From: Longimicrobiales bacterium
GTDB taxonomy: Bacteria; Gemmatimonadota; Gemmatimonadetes; Longimicrobiales; Gaopeijiaceae
Direction of reading: 5' to 3'
Length of the DNA: 64,000 nucleotides
Assembly (NCBI GenBank): GCA_963664435.2
Contig: CAXXKM010000003.1
Coordinates: forward strand, 512,001-576,000
In this document: positions 1-9,891 of the stretch, one piece after another
Layout: every line of letters starts with the position of its first letter
How positions within the stretch are numbered: the stretch's first letter is position 1
The notes under the pieces: generated by a model
Database searches by the model: none
The model's input: only the letters and a program-made list of their open reading frames with translations
Told to the model about the DNA's origin: nothing
Made by a program: the position numbers and the translations under genes

Positions 1-865
1 CCGAGCCGACCTGGTCGAGGCCGGTGAGGATGAGCGGATCCAGGTAGTGGTTGGGCGGATCGCGGAAGGGCGGCGCGAACATGACCGTGCCCAGCGGGCC
101 GGTCTGGTGGTGGTTGTAGACGATCTGCGGGAACCATTCGCGCGCGATGATGCGGTTGATGTTGGTGCTCTCGGCGAGCGCCGACATGTAGAAGTCGCGG
201 TTGTTGTCGTGGCCCGCGTACTTCTGGTAGAGCACCGGGGCGCCGCCCGTGCTGCGCTCCTCGGGCGTGTCGATGCGCATGTACCAGTTGGCGAGCAGGT
301 CGTGGCCGTCCGGGTTGGCGTGCCCGACGAGCACGACGACGTCGTCCAGTATGCGCATGGTCTCGTCGTCGGTGCGGCTCACCAGCTGGTAGACCAGCTC
401 CATCAGCTGCTGCGCACCGAGCACCTCCGAGGCGTGCAGGCCGCCGTCGATCCAGACCACCGCTCTGCCCTCGGCCGCCATGGCCCGGGCTTCGGCCTCG
501 GAGATCCCTTCCGCGTACGCCATCCGCTCCGCGATCTCCTTGAAGCGGGCCAGATTCCGGTGGTTGGCGGGCGACGTGATGGTCGCCATCAGCTGCTCGC
601 GGCCCTCCTCGGTCTGGCCGATGGATTCGAGGATCATGCGGTCCGACTCCGACGCCAGCAGCTCCCAGTACTCGGTCAGCGCCACGTAGTTGGGGAGGAC
701 GTAGTCGGCCCTGATCTCGTGCCCGAACTGTTCGACGGGGGAGGTGACCCGGGTGGCGGTGGCCATCTCCTCGCAGGCCCACAGGACGGGCACGAGGAGC
801 AGGGAGACGGACGCCAGGCTTGCCCGGCCTCGGGTAAACAGCGGATTCCGCTCGATCATGCGCAT
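1..865 (-). CDS. M14 family zinc carboxypeptidase, secreted (partial, runs off window start)
   Basis: Manual translation of the minus strand: signal-like N-terminus, WIDGGLHASE, NPDG, GHDNNRD, YNHHQ motifs; GAGGA RBS before ATG at 865. Absent from the ORF track because there is no stop in the window. Confidence 0.85.
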   Translation of the reverse strand, partial: MRMIERNPLFTRGRASLASVSLLLVPVLWACEEMATATRVTSPVEQFGHEIRADYVLPNYVALTEYWELLASESDRMILESIGQTEEGREQLMATITSPANHRNLARFKEIAERMAYAEGISEAEARAMAAEGRAVVWIDGGLHASEVLGAQQLMELVYQLVSRTDDETMRILDDVVVLVGHANPDGHDLLANWYMRIDTPEERSTGGAPVLYQKYAGHDNNRDFYMSALAESTNINRIIAREWFPQIVYNHHQTGPLGTVMFAPPFRDPPNHYLDPLILTGLDQVGS

Positions 866-1034
866 GGAAACATCCTCTTCTATGGAAGCGCCAGGGCCAT
901 TCCCGCCCGGCTCATGTGTGATTCTTTGCCACAGTACCTCGGACGGTCAACAAACGGGCCCCGAACCGACGCGCGGGCGCCCGGCAAACACCGCTCGGCA
1001 CCGGTGGCCGGCCCCGACGCGGGAGCAGATGCGA

Positions 1035-2201
1035 TCAGGGCAGCTCCATCTTCCAGAAGGCGATGCCGCCGGCCTGCTGTCCCACCTCGACGTCGCCCAC
1101 GCGCGAGAAATCGGAGAGGTCGAACACGTCCACCTTGCCCGGCTCGGCGCCCACCCCCTCCGAGCTCACGAAGGCGTAGCGGGAGTCGGGAGACACCTCC
1201 ACCCCATGCGTGACCGTGGTGGTGGTGGAGACGCGGGCCAGGCTTTCGCCGGTGCGCAGGTCGAAGAACTCGACGCCCGCACCCTGCTTCAGCGTGGCCA
1301 CCAGCAGCCGGCCGTCGGGCGTGATCGCCAGGTTGTAGGGACCGGTCCCGGACTGCAACACCCGCGTCAGTTCCCAGCTCTGGCGGTCCAGATGCAGGAT
1401 CCGGCTCCCCGCGTTGCAGGCGACGTAGAGGCTGAAGCCGTCGGGCGAGGGCTGCACCCAGGTCGGCGAGCACGGGGATCCGGCCATGGCCCCGGCGCCC
1501 ATTCCGCTCATACCGCCCGCGGCGCCTTCCGCGTCGAGCGGGCCCTCGCGGCCGGGCGCGACCGAAAACCGGCGTGCGACCTCGAACGTGCGGGTGTCGA
1601 TCTCGACCACCTGCTCGTCCATCATGCAGTTGGAGTAGAGGAAGAGCCCGTCCGGGGCCATGCGCGCGCCGTGCGGCATGGTGCAGGTCTCGATCTGCTC
1701 CACTTCGACCAGGTCGGGGGTGTAGACCACCGAGACGGTGGAGGGTACGTGCTCGCCGTGCAGGTTGAAGTTGACGACGAAGGCGTAGAGCCCGTCCGGG
1801 GTGAGGTCGATGGTGGCCGGAAAGTAGCCCAGCAGGATGGGCTCCGCGACGACGGTGTCCACGCCCGCCTCGAACTTCCACAGCTTCCCGTCCGGAAAGC
1901 CGTGTCCGGTGGTCATGTACAGGTGGCCGCCGTCGGGGGAGATGCGCAGCCCGTGGGGCCCCTCGGTTTCGGTGGGGATCTCGCCCACCATGGTGGTCTG
2001 CTCCAGGGTGAGCGTGCCGTCGAAGCGGATGCGGTGGATCAGGTCGGCCGATTCCGCGCCGACGTAGAGCCAGTACACCGCACCCGGGTCGGCCGCACGG
2101 GCCGCCGGGCCACCCTCCGCGGCCGTGCCGCCTCCGGATCCGGAAACGCACCCGGTGCACAGCAGCAGCGCCGCGGCGCCTGCTCGTTGTATCGACCTCA
2201 T
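1035..2201 (-). CDS. YVTN/YncE-like beta-propeller lipoprotein
   Basis: Lipobox-like LLCTGC; repeated PHG..(S/T)PDG..LYV blades. Confidence 0.8.
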   Translation of the reverse strand: MRSIQRAGAAALLLCTGCVSGSGGGTAAEGGPAARAADPGAVYWLYVGAESADLIHRIRFDGTLTLEQTTMVGEIPTETEGPHGLRISPDGGHLYMTTGHGFPDGKLWKFEAGVDTVVAEPILLGYFPATIDLTPDGLYAFVVNFNLHGEHVPSTVSVVYTPDLVEVEQIETCTMPHGARMAPDGLFLYSNCMMDEQVVEIDTRTFEVARRFSVAPGREGPLDAEGAAGGMSGMGAGAMAGSPCSPTWVQPSPDGFSLYVACNAGSRILHLDRQSWELTRVLQSGTGPYNLAITPDGRLLVATLKQGAGVEFFDLRTGESLARVSTTTTVTHGVEVSPDSRYAFVSSEGVGAEPGKVDVFDLSDFSRVGDVEVGQQAGGIAFWKMELP

Positions 2202-4252
2202 CGCTCCCTCCTTCCTGCGGGCCGGCCCTCCCCCAGATTTCGCCTCAGCAGGGCCTCCGGATCCGGGTCCCTGCCCATGAAGGCGCGGAACATCCGGTCC
2301 GGTTCACGGCTGTCGCCCTGCGCCAGGATCGTGTCCATGAAGGCCGCGCCCGTCTCCCGCGAGAGGACGCCTTCCCTGCGGAACCGCCCGAAGGCGTCCG
2401 CCTCCAGCACTTCGGACCACATGTAGCTGTAGTAGGCCGAGGCGTACCCGCCGGCAAACAGATGGCTGAAGGTGGTGAGGATGTGGCTCCTGGCGAAACT
2501 CTCATCCAGGACGAACGGCCTCAGGACTTCTTCGGCGTACGACATCAACTCCTGCCTGCCATCGTACTCGCGATGGAGCCGCAGGTCGAGGGTCGCGAAC
2601 CCCAGCTGCCTCATCTGCGCCTGGCCGCCCATGAAGCGGCGCGCCGCCAGCATGCGCCGGTACAGGTCGTCGGGCAGAGGCTCCCCGGTCTTGTGGTGCC
2701 CGGAGAAGATGGACAGCGCCTCGCGCTCCCAGGTCCAGTTTTCCATGATCTGGGAGGGCACCTCCACCCAGTCCCACGGCACCTGCATCCCCGACCGCGA
2801 GGGCAGCGGCACCCGCGAAGTGCAGTGGTGCAGGAGATGCCCGAACTCGTGAAAGATGGTCTGGACGCTCCGGTGGGTGAGCAGCGCCGGTTTGCCCCGC
2901 ACGGGTGGGGCGAAGTTGCCCGCCATCATGCCGGTGTGGGGAACGAAGTCCCCGTCCGGCCGAGGACCCCCGGTGGTCAGGGTCGCCATCCACGCCCCCT
3001 GGCGCTTTCCGCTGCGCGGGAACCAGTCGGTGTGGAAGGAGCCGAGGCGGACGCCGTCCTCCGCGATCAGGCGATAGGAACGCACATCCTCGTGCCAGAC
3101 GTCCCTGGCCGGCACCTCCTCGACCCGGACGCCGAACACCCGCTCGACAATCTCGAACAGGCCGTCCAGCACCCGGTCGAGGGGAAACCAGGGACGCGTC
3201 AATTCGTCATCGAACTGGAAGCGCTCGCGCCGGAGCGCCTCCGAAACGTACGCCAGGTCCCACGGCTTCAGGGACTCGATCCCCATGCGGGCGGCCTTTT
3301 CCCGAATCGTCGCCAGATCGCGCTCCCAGTACGGAAGGGTGCGCTCCCGCAGGTCGCGGACGAATTCGAACGCGCGGGTCCCGCTGCCCGCCATGGCGTC
3401 GTCCAGGCGATAGTCGGAGAAATCTCCGTAGCCGAGCAGGCCGGCCAGTTCGCGCCTCAGCGCCAGGATGCGCGTGATGGTCGGGCGGTTGTCCAGCTCG
3501 CCGTCCCGGCAGCGTCCCACGTAGGCCTGGTGGAGCTGCCTGCGCAGCTCGCGGTCGCGGGCATACTTGAGGACCGGCTCGAAGGACGGGAAATCCAGCG
3601 TCAGCAGCCAGCCGTCCAGATCCTTCGCCCCGGCCTTGTGGCGGGCCAGCTCGAGGGCCGTGTCGGGGATCCCGTCGAGCCGGGGACGCTCGTCGTCGGT
3701 GACGTGCAGCCGAAAGGCTTCGGTGGCATCGAGGACGTTTTCCGAGAAGCGCCGCTCCAGCCGTGACAGCTCGACCCGGATCTCCTCGACGCGGCCGCGG
3801 CCCTCATCGTCCAGATCGGCCCCCGCGGACCGGAACTGGTGCATCATCCTGTCGAGGTTGCGGCGGCGCAGCGGGTCGAGCGCCGCCGCCTCCGGGGTGG
3901 CGGCGAAGTCCTGTACGGCCGCCCACAGGCCCCGGTGCAGCGGGAGCCGCGACCAGAACGCCGCGATTTCGGGCAGGACCGCGTTGTAGGCGCGTCTCAG
4001 CTCGGGCGTTTCCGCAACCGAGAGCAGAACCGAGACCGGCGCCAGCGCTTCTTCCACCCGCTGAACGATGTCGTCGAGGCGCTGAATGGCCGCGTGGTAG
4101 GTCGCGGGTGACCCGCTGCTCTCGGCGAGGTCGTCGATCTCCGCTTGCGCGCGTTCCAGCACGGCGCGCACGGTCGGCGCCAGCCCCGGCGCGGTGATGC
4201 CCGCGAAGGTGGGTGGCGGGCCGGCCGCCGAGGGCGTGGCGGGGTCGGGCAT
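2198..4252 (-). CDS. prlC: M3 family oligopeptidase A
   Basis: HEFGH zinc motif, VEVPSQIMENW, GYASAYYSYMW; start taken at MPDPAT just after the upstream stop. Confidence 0.9.
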   Translation of the reverse strand: MPDPATPSAAGPPPTFAGITAPGLAPTVRAVLERAQAEIDDLAESSGSPATYHAAIQRLDDIVQRVEEALAPVSVLLSVAETPELRRAYNAVLPEIAAFWSRLPLHRGLWAAVQDFAATPEAAALDPLRRRNLDRMMHQFRSAGADLDDEGRGRVEEIRVELSRLERRFSENVLDATEAFRLHVTDDERPRLDGIPDTALELARHKAGAKDLDGWLLTLDFPSFEPVLKYARDRELRRQLHQAYVGRCRDGELDNRPTITRILALRRELAGLLGYGDFSDYRLDDAMAGSGTRAFEFVRDLRERTLPYWERDLATIREKAARMGIESLKPWDLAYVSEALRRERFQFDDELTRPWFPLDRVLDGLFEIVERVFGVRVEEVPARDVWHEDVRSYRLIAEDGVRLGSFHTDWFPRSGKRQGAWMATLTTGGPRPDGDFVPHTGMMAGNFAPPVRGKPALLTHRSVQTIFHEFGHLLHHCTSRVPLPSRSGMQVPWDWVEVPSQIMENWTWEREALSIFSGHHKTGEPLPDDLYRRMLAARRFMGGQAQMRQLGFATLDLRLHREYDGRQELMSYAEEVLRPFVLDESFARSHILTTFSHLFAGGYASAYYSYMWSEVLEADAFGRFRREGVLSRETGAAFMDTILAQGDSREPDRMFRAFMGRDPDPEALLRRNLGEGRPAGRRER

Positions 4253-4254
4253 GT

Positions 4255-5031
4255 CTAGCCGCCGTCCACGGGGGCATGGGCGGCCGACGACGACCGTGCG
4301 GACACTTCGCCTCCGCCCGGGCCACCCGCTTCGGGCTCGCCGCGGGGAAGGTCGGCCACCTCGATGACGCGCCCCTTCCCGCGCCAGCGTGCCAGGGTGT
4401 CCTCCTCCGCCTCGAGCCCGAGACCCCACATGGCGTCCCGGATCGCGGTGACCCGATGGCCGCGGGCCTGGAGGCCGTCGATCGCCTGGGTCACGCACAC
4501 GTCGCGCGCGACTCCGGCCACGAAGAACTCCACCGGATCGAGCTCGCGCGTGACCAGCTCCACGAAGTGGTCGGCAACCCGATTGCCCTCGAACACGTCG
4601 AAGCGGTCCTTGCGGATGAGCACCGGCCGGGGCCGGCGGCGCCAGCGCGCCAGCAGCGCGTGCACCTCGGTGGGTGTCGCGTGCACCTGCAGCACGAGGC
4701 AATCGGAGGCGGCCAGCGACGGGATGATCTCCGCGCCGAGGCGCTCGGCCGGATCCGTCGACCTGCCCATGCAGTGGGGCGGGTATGTACCCTTGCCCGG
4801 ATCCGGGTTCTTCGCATCGATCTCGGCGTCGTCGTAGCCGTGCCAGTCCGCCGTGTACACCACCAGGGCGGCGTGGGCGTGCATCCAATCGACGGCCTCG
4901 ACCAGCCGGGGCCCGGCCATCGCCGCTCCGGGATCGCGATCGTCGAACAGGTCGCGCACATAGAGTCGCCCGTCCGGCTCCATGAAATCCCGCTGCGCGT
5001 CAACGACCCAGCCGATCCGTGTCATTCCCAT
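4255..5031 (-). CDS. Isochorismatase/nicotinamidase family cysteine hydrolase
   Basis: VDAQRDF, DWH, PPHC, GVARDVCV motifs; next to a nicotinate PRTase. Confidence 0.8.
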   Translation of the reverse strand: MGMTRIGWVVDAQRDFMEPDGRLYVRDLFDDRDPGAAMAGPRLVEAVDWMHAHAALVVYTADWHGYDDAEIDAKNPDPGKGTYPPHCMGRSTDPAERLGAEIIPSLAASDCLVLQVHATPTEVHALLARWRRRPRPVLIRKDRFDVFEGNRVADHFVELVTRELDPVEFFVAGVARDVCVTQAIDGLQARGHRVTAIRDAMWGLGLEAEEDTLARWRGKGRVIEVADLPRGEPEAGGPGGGEVSARSSSAAHAPVDGG

Positions 5032-5034
5032 GAG

Positions 5035-6168
5035 TTACGCCACCCGCTCGAGCGACGGGTTGGGCCGGTATCGCCGTCCCGCCTTGGCGACAGGATCGTC
5101 GCCCACCTTCACGACGTCCGCGGTGAAGTTGACCTGGCCGCGGATGAGGGACGAGCCCACCCCGAAGGCGTCCACCGGAACCTCTGCCTCCCGGAAGCGC
5201 CGGATCCTCGCGCCGTCGAACCCTCCCGAGACGACGATGCGCACATGCCCGAACCCATTCCGGTCGAGAGCGTCCCGGACCTTGTACACGAGCCGGCGGT
5301 TCACGCCGCGCAGATGCAGGTTGCTCGCGCCGTCCGGCTCGATGTCCTCCGCGAGTGACCGGTCGACCATGTCCTCGGCCGTGTCCAGACGGACGGCGTA
5401 CAGCTTCTCGCCGAGCGCGCGCGCCACTTTCAGCGCCGTCCCCACGCAGTCGTTGTCGAAGTCCACCAGCGAAACGACGCGCACCGAGTCGGGCACCCGG
5501 CGGGCGAGCGCGCTGGTGGCGGCGACGGTGTCCCCCGAGTACGCCGCGATCAGCGCGTGCGGCAGGGTCCCTTCTCCCCGTCCTCCCCACCACGCCCCCT
5601 GCGCGTCGGTGGAGACGCCGGCCGCTCCGGCCACATGCGCCGCCCAGCCATCGGCCATCTGCACCGCCCAGTGGTCGTGGCGCGCAGCGAAGTACAGCAC
5701 CGGCAGCGGCCAGGCCGCCTCCACCGCCCAGCGGGTGCCGGTGGCGATCCGGGCGCCCCGCGCGAGCGCGCCCAAGTAGAGGGTCTCGAGATGGGCGTAG
5801 GCCGGGTAGGGGCCACGCACATGCATGACCGACTCGAAGGGGGCCGCCCGGTCGCCGTCGCGCAGCGACCACACCTCGAGGTCCTCCCACCGGTACCCGT
5901 CCGCCAGGCACAGCCTGAGGATCGCCACCGCCTCGTCGGTACCCGCCAGCAACACATCCTGCTTCTGGAAGATCTGCATGGTCACGGAGGGCGCGCGCGC
6001 CTCGGCCTCGAGCACCCGGCGCGTCCAGTTGAAATACTGATCCGTGTAGTGGCCGCTCCGCATCGCGATCACGGGCAGTCCGAAAACCTCGGGAGCCAGC
6101 CGCTCCGCCCTTCGACGCGGCGAAGGGGGGGCTGGGGAATCGGTGGGGACGGGCCGTGTTCGGCTCAT
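5035..6168 (-). CDS. Nicotinate phosphoribosyltransferase (QPRTase/NAPRTase-like)
   Basis: YTDQYF, GTLPHALI, AVRLDT, IVVSGGF, FGVGS motifs. Confidence 0.85.
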   Translation of the reverse strand: MSRTRPVPTDSPAPPSPRRRAERLAPEVFGLPVIAMRSGHYTDQYFNWTRRVLEAEARAPSVTMQIFQKQDVLLAGTDEAVAILRLCLADGYRWEDLEVWSLRDGDRAAPFESVMHVRGPYPAYAHLETLYLGALARGARIATGTRWAVEAAWPLPVLYFAARHDHWAVQMADGWAAHVAGAAGVSTDAQGAWWGGRGEGTLPHALIAAYSGDTVAATSALARRVPDSVRVVSLVDFDNDCVGTALKVARALGEKLYAVRLDTAEDMVDRSLAEDIEPDGASNLHLRGVNRRLVYKVRDALDRNGFGHVRIVVSGGFDGARIRRFREAEVPVDAFGVGSSLIRGQVNFTADVVKVGDDPVAKAGRRYRPNPSLERVA

Positions 6169-6263
6169 TCCTGAATCTCGGGCCGGCGCACGCCAAATGG
6201 AAGGTGGCGCGCGTGGCCCGCGGGGGTTTGCACCCGTACTTCCAAACTGCGATCATCGGTACG

Positions 6264-7508
6264 ATGACGATCCTGATCGCGACTCTGATCGCAACGCTTT
6301 CCGTCTCCGGCCTCTGTTCGATTCTCGAGGCGGTGCTCCTCTCCATCGACACCAGCTACGTCGAGTTGAGGCGCGCCGAGGGTCGACGTTCCGGCCGCCT
6401 CCTGTCCGAGCTCAAGAGCCACATCGACAAGCCGATCGCGGCCATCCTCACGCTGAACACCGTGGCCCATACCGCGGGCGCGGCGTTCGCCGGGTCGCTC
6501 GCCTTCGAACTCTTCGGCAGCGCCTGGGTGGCGGCCTTCTCGGGCGTGTTCACCTTCGCCATCCTGGTCTTTTCAGAGATCATCCCCAAGACGGCCGGGG
6601 CCCGCTTCTGCAATCAGCTCGCCCCGTCGACCGCCTACGTCCTGAAGGGACTGACGGTCGCGATGGCGCCGCTGGTGGTGCCCCTCTCCTGGGTGCAGAA
6701 GCTCATCCAGGGATCCCGCAAGAGCCCCGGGATCAGCCGCGAGGAAATCGAGGTGATGGCGCGGATGGCGTGGACCACCGGAACTCTGGCGGAAGACGAA
6801 TGGCAGGTCGTGTCCAACGTCATGCGCCTGGACGAGGTCCCGGTGGGAGAGGTCATGACGCCGCGCACCGACATCGTGGCGATCGATGCCGGCGCCACGG
6901 TGGAAGAGGCGAAGGAGGTCATGCTCGACCACGGCCACCTCCGGCTCCCGGTGCACACCGGAAGCGTCGACCGCATCGTGGGCGTGCTGGTGGCGCGCGA
7001 CCTGTGGCGGGCGGACCAGGAAGGGGTGACCGACATCCGCGATCTGCCCCGCGCGCCGATTTTCGCCCCCGACTCCCGGCCCGTTCAGGGGCTCATTCCG
7101 GAACTCCGCGACAAGGGCGCCAAGATGGTGATCGTGCTGGACGAGTTCGGCGGCACCGCGGGGCTGGCGACCTTCGAGGACCTCATCGAGGAGATCGTGG
7201 GGGAGATCCGGGACGAGCACGAAGCGCACGAGCCCGCCGAATTCCAGCTCCTGGCCGACGGATGCGTGCGGGTCTGGGGAGGCGTGTCGGTGCGGGAGGC
7301 GAACCAGCGGCTGAAGCTGGATCTGCCCTCCGACCGGTTCGACACCATCGGCGGCTTCGTCTTCGGCAGCCTGCACCGGGTTCCCCGGCCGGGCGACGAA
7401 GTTCCGGTGGATGGCGGCCGGCTGAGGGTTGCGCGAATGCGCGGCCGGCGCGTGGAGTTTGTCGTGTTTCTGCCGGAGAATGTCGCCGTTCGGAAGGACA
7501 CGCCGTGA
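6264..7508 (+). CDS. CNNM/hemolysin family membrane protein (DUF21-CBS-CorC)
   Basis: TM N-terminus, EIIPK, VMTPR, DEFGGTAGLATFEDLIEEIVGEIRDE. Confidence 0.9.
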   Translation: MTILIATLIATLSVSGLCSILEAVLLSIDTSYVELRRAEGRRSGRLLSELKSHIDKPIAAILTLNTVAHTAGAAFAGSLAFELFGSAWVAAFSGVFTFAILVFSEIIPKTAGARFCNQLAPSTAYVLKGLTVAMAPLVVPLSWVQKLIQGSRKSPGISREEIEVMARMAWTTGTLAEDEWQVVSNVMRLDEVPVGEVMTPRTDIVAIDAGATVEEAKEVMLDHGHLRLPVHTGSVDRIVGVLVARDLWRADQEGVTDIRDLPRAPIFAPDSRPVQGLIPELRDKGAKMVIVLDEFGGTAGLATFEDLIEEIVGEIRDEHEAHEPAEFQLLADGCVRVWGGVSVREANQRLKLDLPSDRFDTIGGFVFGSLHRVPRPGDEVPVDGGRLRVARMRGRRVEFVVFLPENVAVRKDTP

Positions 7509-7536
7509 CGACCGGGATTTGCCCCCGGTTCCGAGG

Positions 7537-7565
7537 TTGACAGGCTCAGGAACCGCTGATAACGT
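7537..7565 (+). promoter_or_regulatory. Sigma70-type promoter upstream of the glnA leader
   Basis: TTGACA-17 bp-TAACGT. Confidence 0.65.
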
Positions 7566-7639
7566 CCCTCGTGCTGAACATGGTTGACCCGCTCAGGATC
7601 GCCCCATGAGGGCCGTAGTCGCCGGGCGGAGGTGTCTCC

Positions 7640-7688
7640 GGCCAGGACCCGGACGAAGTGTCTCCGGGAACCTGGCCGCTTCTCTTTT
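7640..7688 (+). terminator. Terminator/attenuator-like hairpin in the glnA leader
   Basis: GGCCAGG..CCCGGA..TCCGGG..CCTGGCC followed by GCTTCTCTTTT. Confidence 0.5.
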
Positions 7689-7811
7689 CAGGGGTCCGCG
7701 CGACAGGCGGTTCTCCCCCCTTTCCCCCTTTCCGCAGACCCTATCTGATTTGACTCCCGGGGCGCGCGGTCCGCGCTCCGGACTCTTTCCCCACCTCAGT
7801 GGAGCGTGAAC

Positions 7812-9227
7812 ATGGACCGGAACGAGTACCTGTACGCAGCGGAAGAATGTCGGGACGAGATGGAGGAGTACATCGATGAGATGGACAGCCGTAACGGGCT
7901 GTCCCTCTCGAGTGTCGACGACGTCATGAAGTACGTGAAGGACCACAACGTCAGCTCGATTCGCCTCTGGTTCTCCGACATCCTGGGTTTCCTCAAGTCC
8001 TTCTCGATCACCCCCAAGGAGCTGGCCGGGGCCTTCGAGGAGGGGATGGGTTTCGACGGCTCTTCCATTCAGGGCTACAAGAGGATCCAGGAGAGCGACA
8101 TGGTCGCGGTCCCGGTGCCGGACACGGCCCAGGCGCTGCCCTTCCGTTCGGGCGGCGGACGGTCGATGCGCATGTTCGCCCAGATCCGCAACCCCGATGG
8201 ATCGGCGTACGACGGCGACCCCCGCAACATCCTGGTCCGCACCCTGGGCCGTCTCGAGGACCACGGGTGCACGAACATGTACGTCGGGCCGGAGGCTGAG
8301 TTCTTCTACTTCAAGCACGAGAAGGGAATCGAGCTCCTCGACGACGCCGGATACTTCGACATCAACCCGGTCGACATCGGAGACGACATCCGTGAGGTGA
8401 CCGTGTGCGCACTCGAAGCGATGGGCATCCCGATCGAGTACCACCACCACGAGGTGGGCCCCTCGCAGCACGAAATCGACATTCGCTACCAGGATGCGCT
8501 GCGGATGGCCGACGGCCTCCAGACCTACAAGTACCTGGTCAAGGAGATCGCGCGCCGCTGCGGGGCGTTTGCGACCTTCATGCCCAAGCCGCTCGCGGGG
8601 GAGAACGGGAGCGGCATGCACACCCACCTGTCGCTCTTCAGCGGAAAGCAGAACGCCTTCTACGACGGCAGCGACGAGCACCATCTGAGCGCGATGGCGA
8701 AGCAGTTCATCGCCGGCGTGCTCAAGCACTCGCGCGAGATGGCGCTGGTCACCAACCCGACCCACAACTCGTATCGGCGCCTGGTGCCCGGCTACGAAGC
8801 GCCCGTCTACATCGCCTGGGCCGAGCGCAACCGGTCGGCGGCCATCCGCATCCCGATGTACAAGCCCGGCAAGGAGGTCGCGACCCGCATCGAGCTGCGC
8901 TTCCCGGACCCGACCTGCAACCCCTACCTGACCTTCGCGGTCATGCTGGCCGCCGGCCTCGAGGGAGTCGAGAACGAGTTGGCGTGCCCGGATCCGGTGA
9001 CCGTGGACATCTACCATCTCAGTGCGAAGTGGCGGGAGCAGATGGGAATCGACGCCCTGCCCCACGACCTCTTCGAAGCCGCCCGCGTCGCCCAGTTCAG
9101 CGACTTCCTGAAGAACGCCCTGGGCGAGGACGTGCACCGCAAGCTGATCGAGACGAAGATGGACGAGGCGGACGTCTTCCGCCTGCACGTCTCGCAGCTC
9201 GACCTGCAGAAGCACCTGGTGCTGTAA
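7812..9227 (+). CDS. glnA: Glutamine synthetase type I
   Basis: FDGSSIQG, HHHEVGPSQHEI, ATFMPKP..GENGSGMHTH, RRLVPGYEAP, RIELRFPDP. Confidence 0.95.
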   Translation: MDRNEYLYAAEECRDEMEEYIDEMDSRNGLSLSSVDDVMKYVKDHNVSSIRLWFSDILGFLKSFSITPKELAGAFEEGMGFDGSSIQGYKRIQESDMVAVPVPDTAQALPFRSGGGRSMRMFAQIRNPDGSAYDGDPRNILVRTLGRLEDHGCTNMYVGPEAEFFYFKHEKGIELLDDAGYFDINPVDIGDDIREVTVCALEAMGIPIEYHHHEVGPSQHEIDIRYQDALRMADGLQTYKYLVKEIARRCGAFATFMPKPLAGENGSGMHTHLSLFSGKQNAFYDGSDEHHLSAMAKQFIAGVLKHSREMALVTNPTHNSYRRLVPGYEAPVYIAWAERNRSAAIRIPMYKPGKEVATRIELRFPDPTCNPYLTFAVMLAAGLEGVENELACPDPVTVDIYHLSAKWREQMGIDALPHDLFEAARVAQFSDFLKNALGEDVHRKLIETKMDEADVFRLHVSQLDLQKHLVL

Positions 9228-9248
9228 GCCGAGCGGACCAAACCCGGG

Positions 9249-9309
9249 GGAAACGACCCCCGGCGGCCGCAGGGTCCCTTCGGACCCTCAGTCGCCGGGG
9301 GTCGTTTCC
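9249..9309. terminator. Long inverted repeat between convergent glnA and lspA
   Basis: 17-bp arms GGAAACGACCCCCGGCG / CGCCGGGGGTCGTTTCC around an inner AGGGTCC-CTTC-GGACCCT hairpin. Confidence 0.6.
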
Positions 9310-9872
9310 GTGGTGCGGGAGGTCTCCTCCGACCGCGCCGGAAGGCCCGGCTCCGCCTCCGCGGAGCCGGGCTCGCCGGCCGCCTCGGCCTCGCGGGCGC
9401 GCTGCTCCTCGCGCCAGAAGGAGATGCCGAGCAGGACGGCGCCGCAGGTGATGGCGGAATCGGCCACGTTGAAGATCGGCCAGTCCATGAAGCCCAGGTC
9501 GATGGGGCCGATGAAGTCCACCACTCCCCGGTCCCAGCGCACCCGGTCCACCAGGTTGCCGAGCGCGCCGCTGAGGATGAGCGAGATCGACACCACCTTC
9601 ACCCGGTCCCCGCTCTCGCTCTGGACGAAGAGGACGGCGAGCAGCGCCATGGCCAGGATGGTCACCGGAATGAAGAACCAGCGCGGATCGTTGCCGATCG
9701 AGATGCCGAAGGCCGCGCCCCGGTTGAAGGCGAGGGTCAGCGGCACGAGGCCGTCGAGGATCTCCATCCGGCGTCCGCCGCCAAGCACGTTCAGTGCCCA
9801 GCGCTTGGTGATGACGTCGAGCAGGAGCACCGCCGGAAGAATGGCGGCGAGGATGCGGAGTTTGCTGTTCAC
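9288..9872 (-). CDS. lspA: Lipoprotein signal peptidase II
   Basis: NRGAAFG, GALGNLVDR, VVDFI, FNVADSAI. Confidence 0.95.
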   Translation of the reverse strand: MNSKLRILAAILPAVLLLDVITKRWALNVLGGGRRMEILDGLVPLTLAFNRGAAFGISIGNDPRWFFIPVTILAMALLAVLFVQSESGDRVKVVSISLILSGALGNLVDRVRWDRGVVDFIGPIDLGFMDWPIFNVADSAITCGAVLLGISFWREEQRAREAEAAGEPGSAEAEPGLPARSEETSRTTETTPGD

Positions 9873-9891
9873 GTTCCTGGGAGGGTCGGGA

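Noticed and set aside
2198..4888. 896-aa ORF as one protein
   Set aside because: Its first ~210 codons overlap the nicotinamidase-like gene in another frame; the peptidase starts at 4252.
7570..7700. Known glutamine (glnA motif) riboswitch or SRP RNA
   Set aside because: The CGUU/AACG P1 with GGAAGUA loop and the SRP CAGG..GGAA..AGCAG pattern are absent.
9243..9263. Guanidine-II-like ACGA hairpin
   Set aside because: Single hairpin between convergent genes, better explained as part of the terminator repeat.
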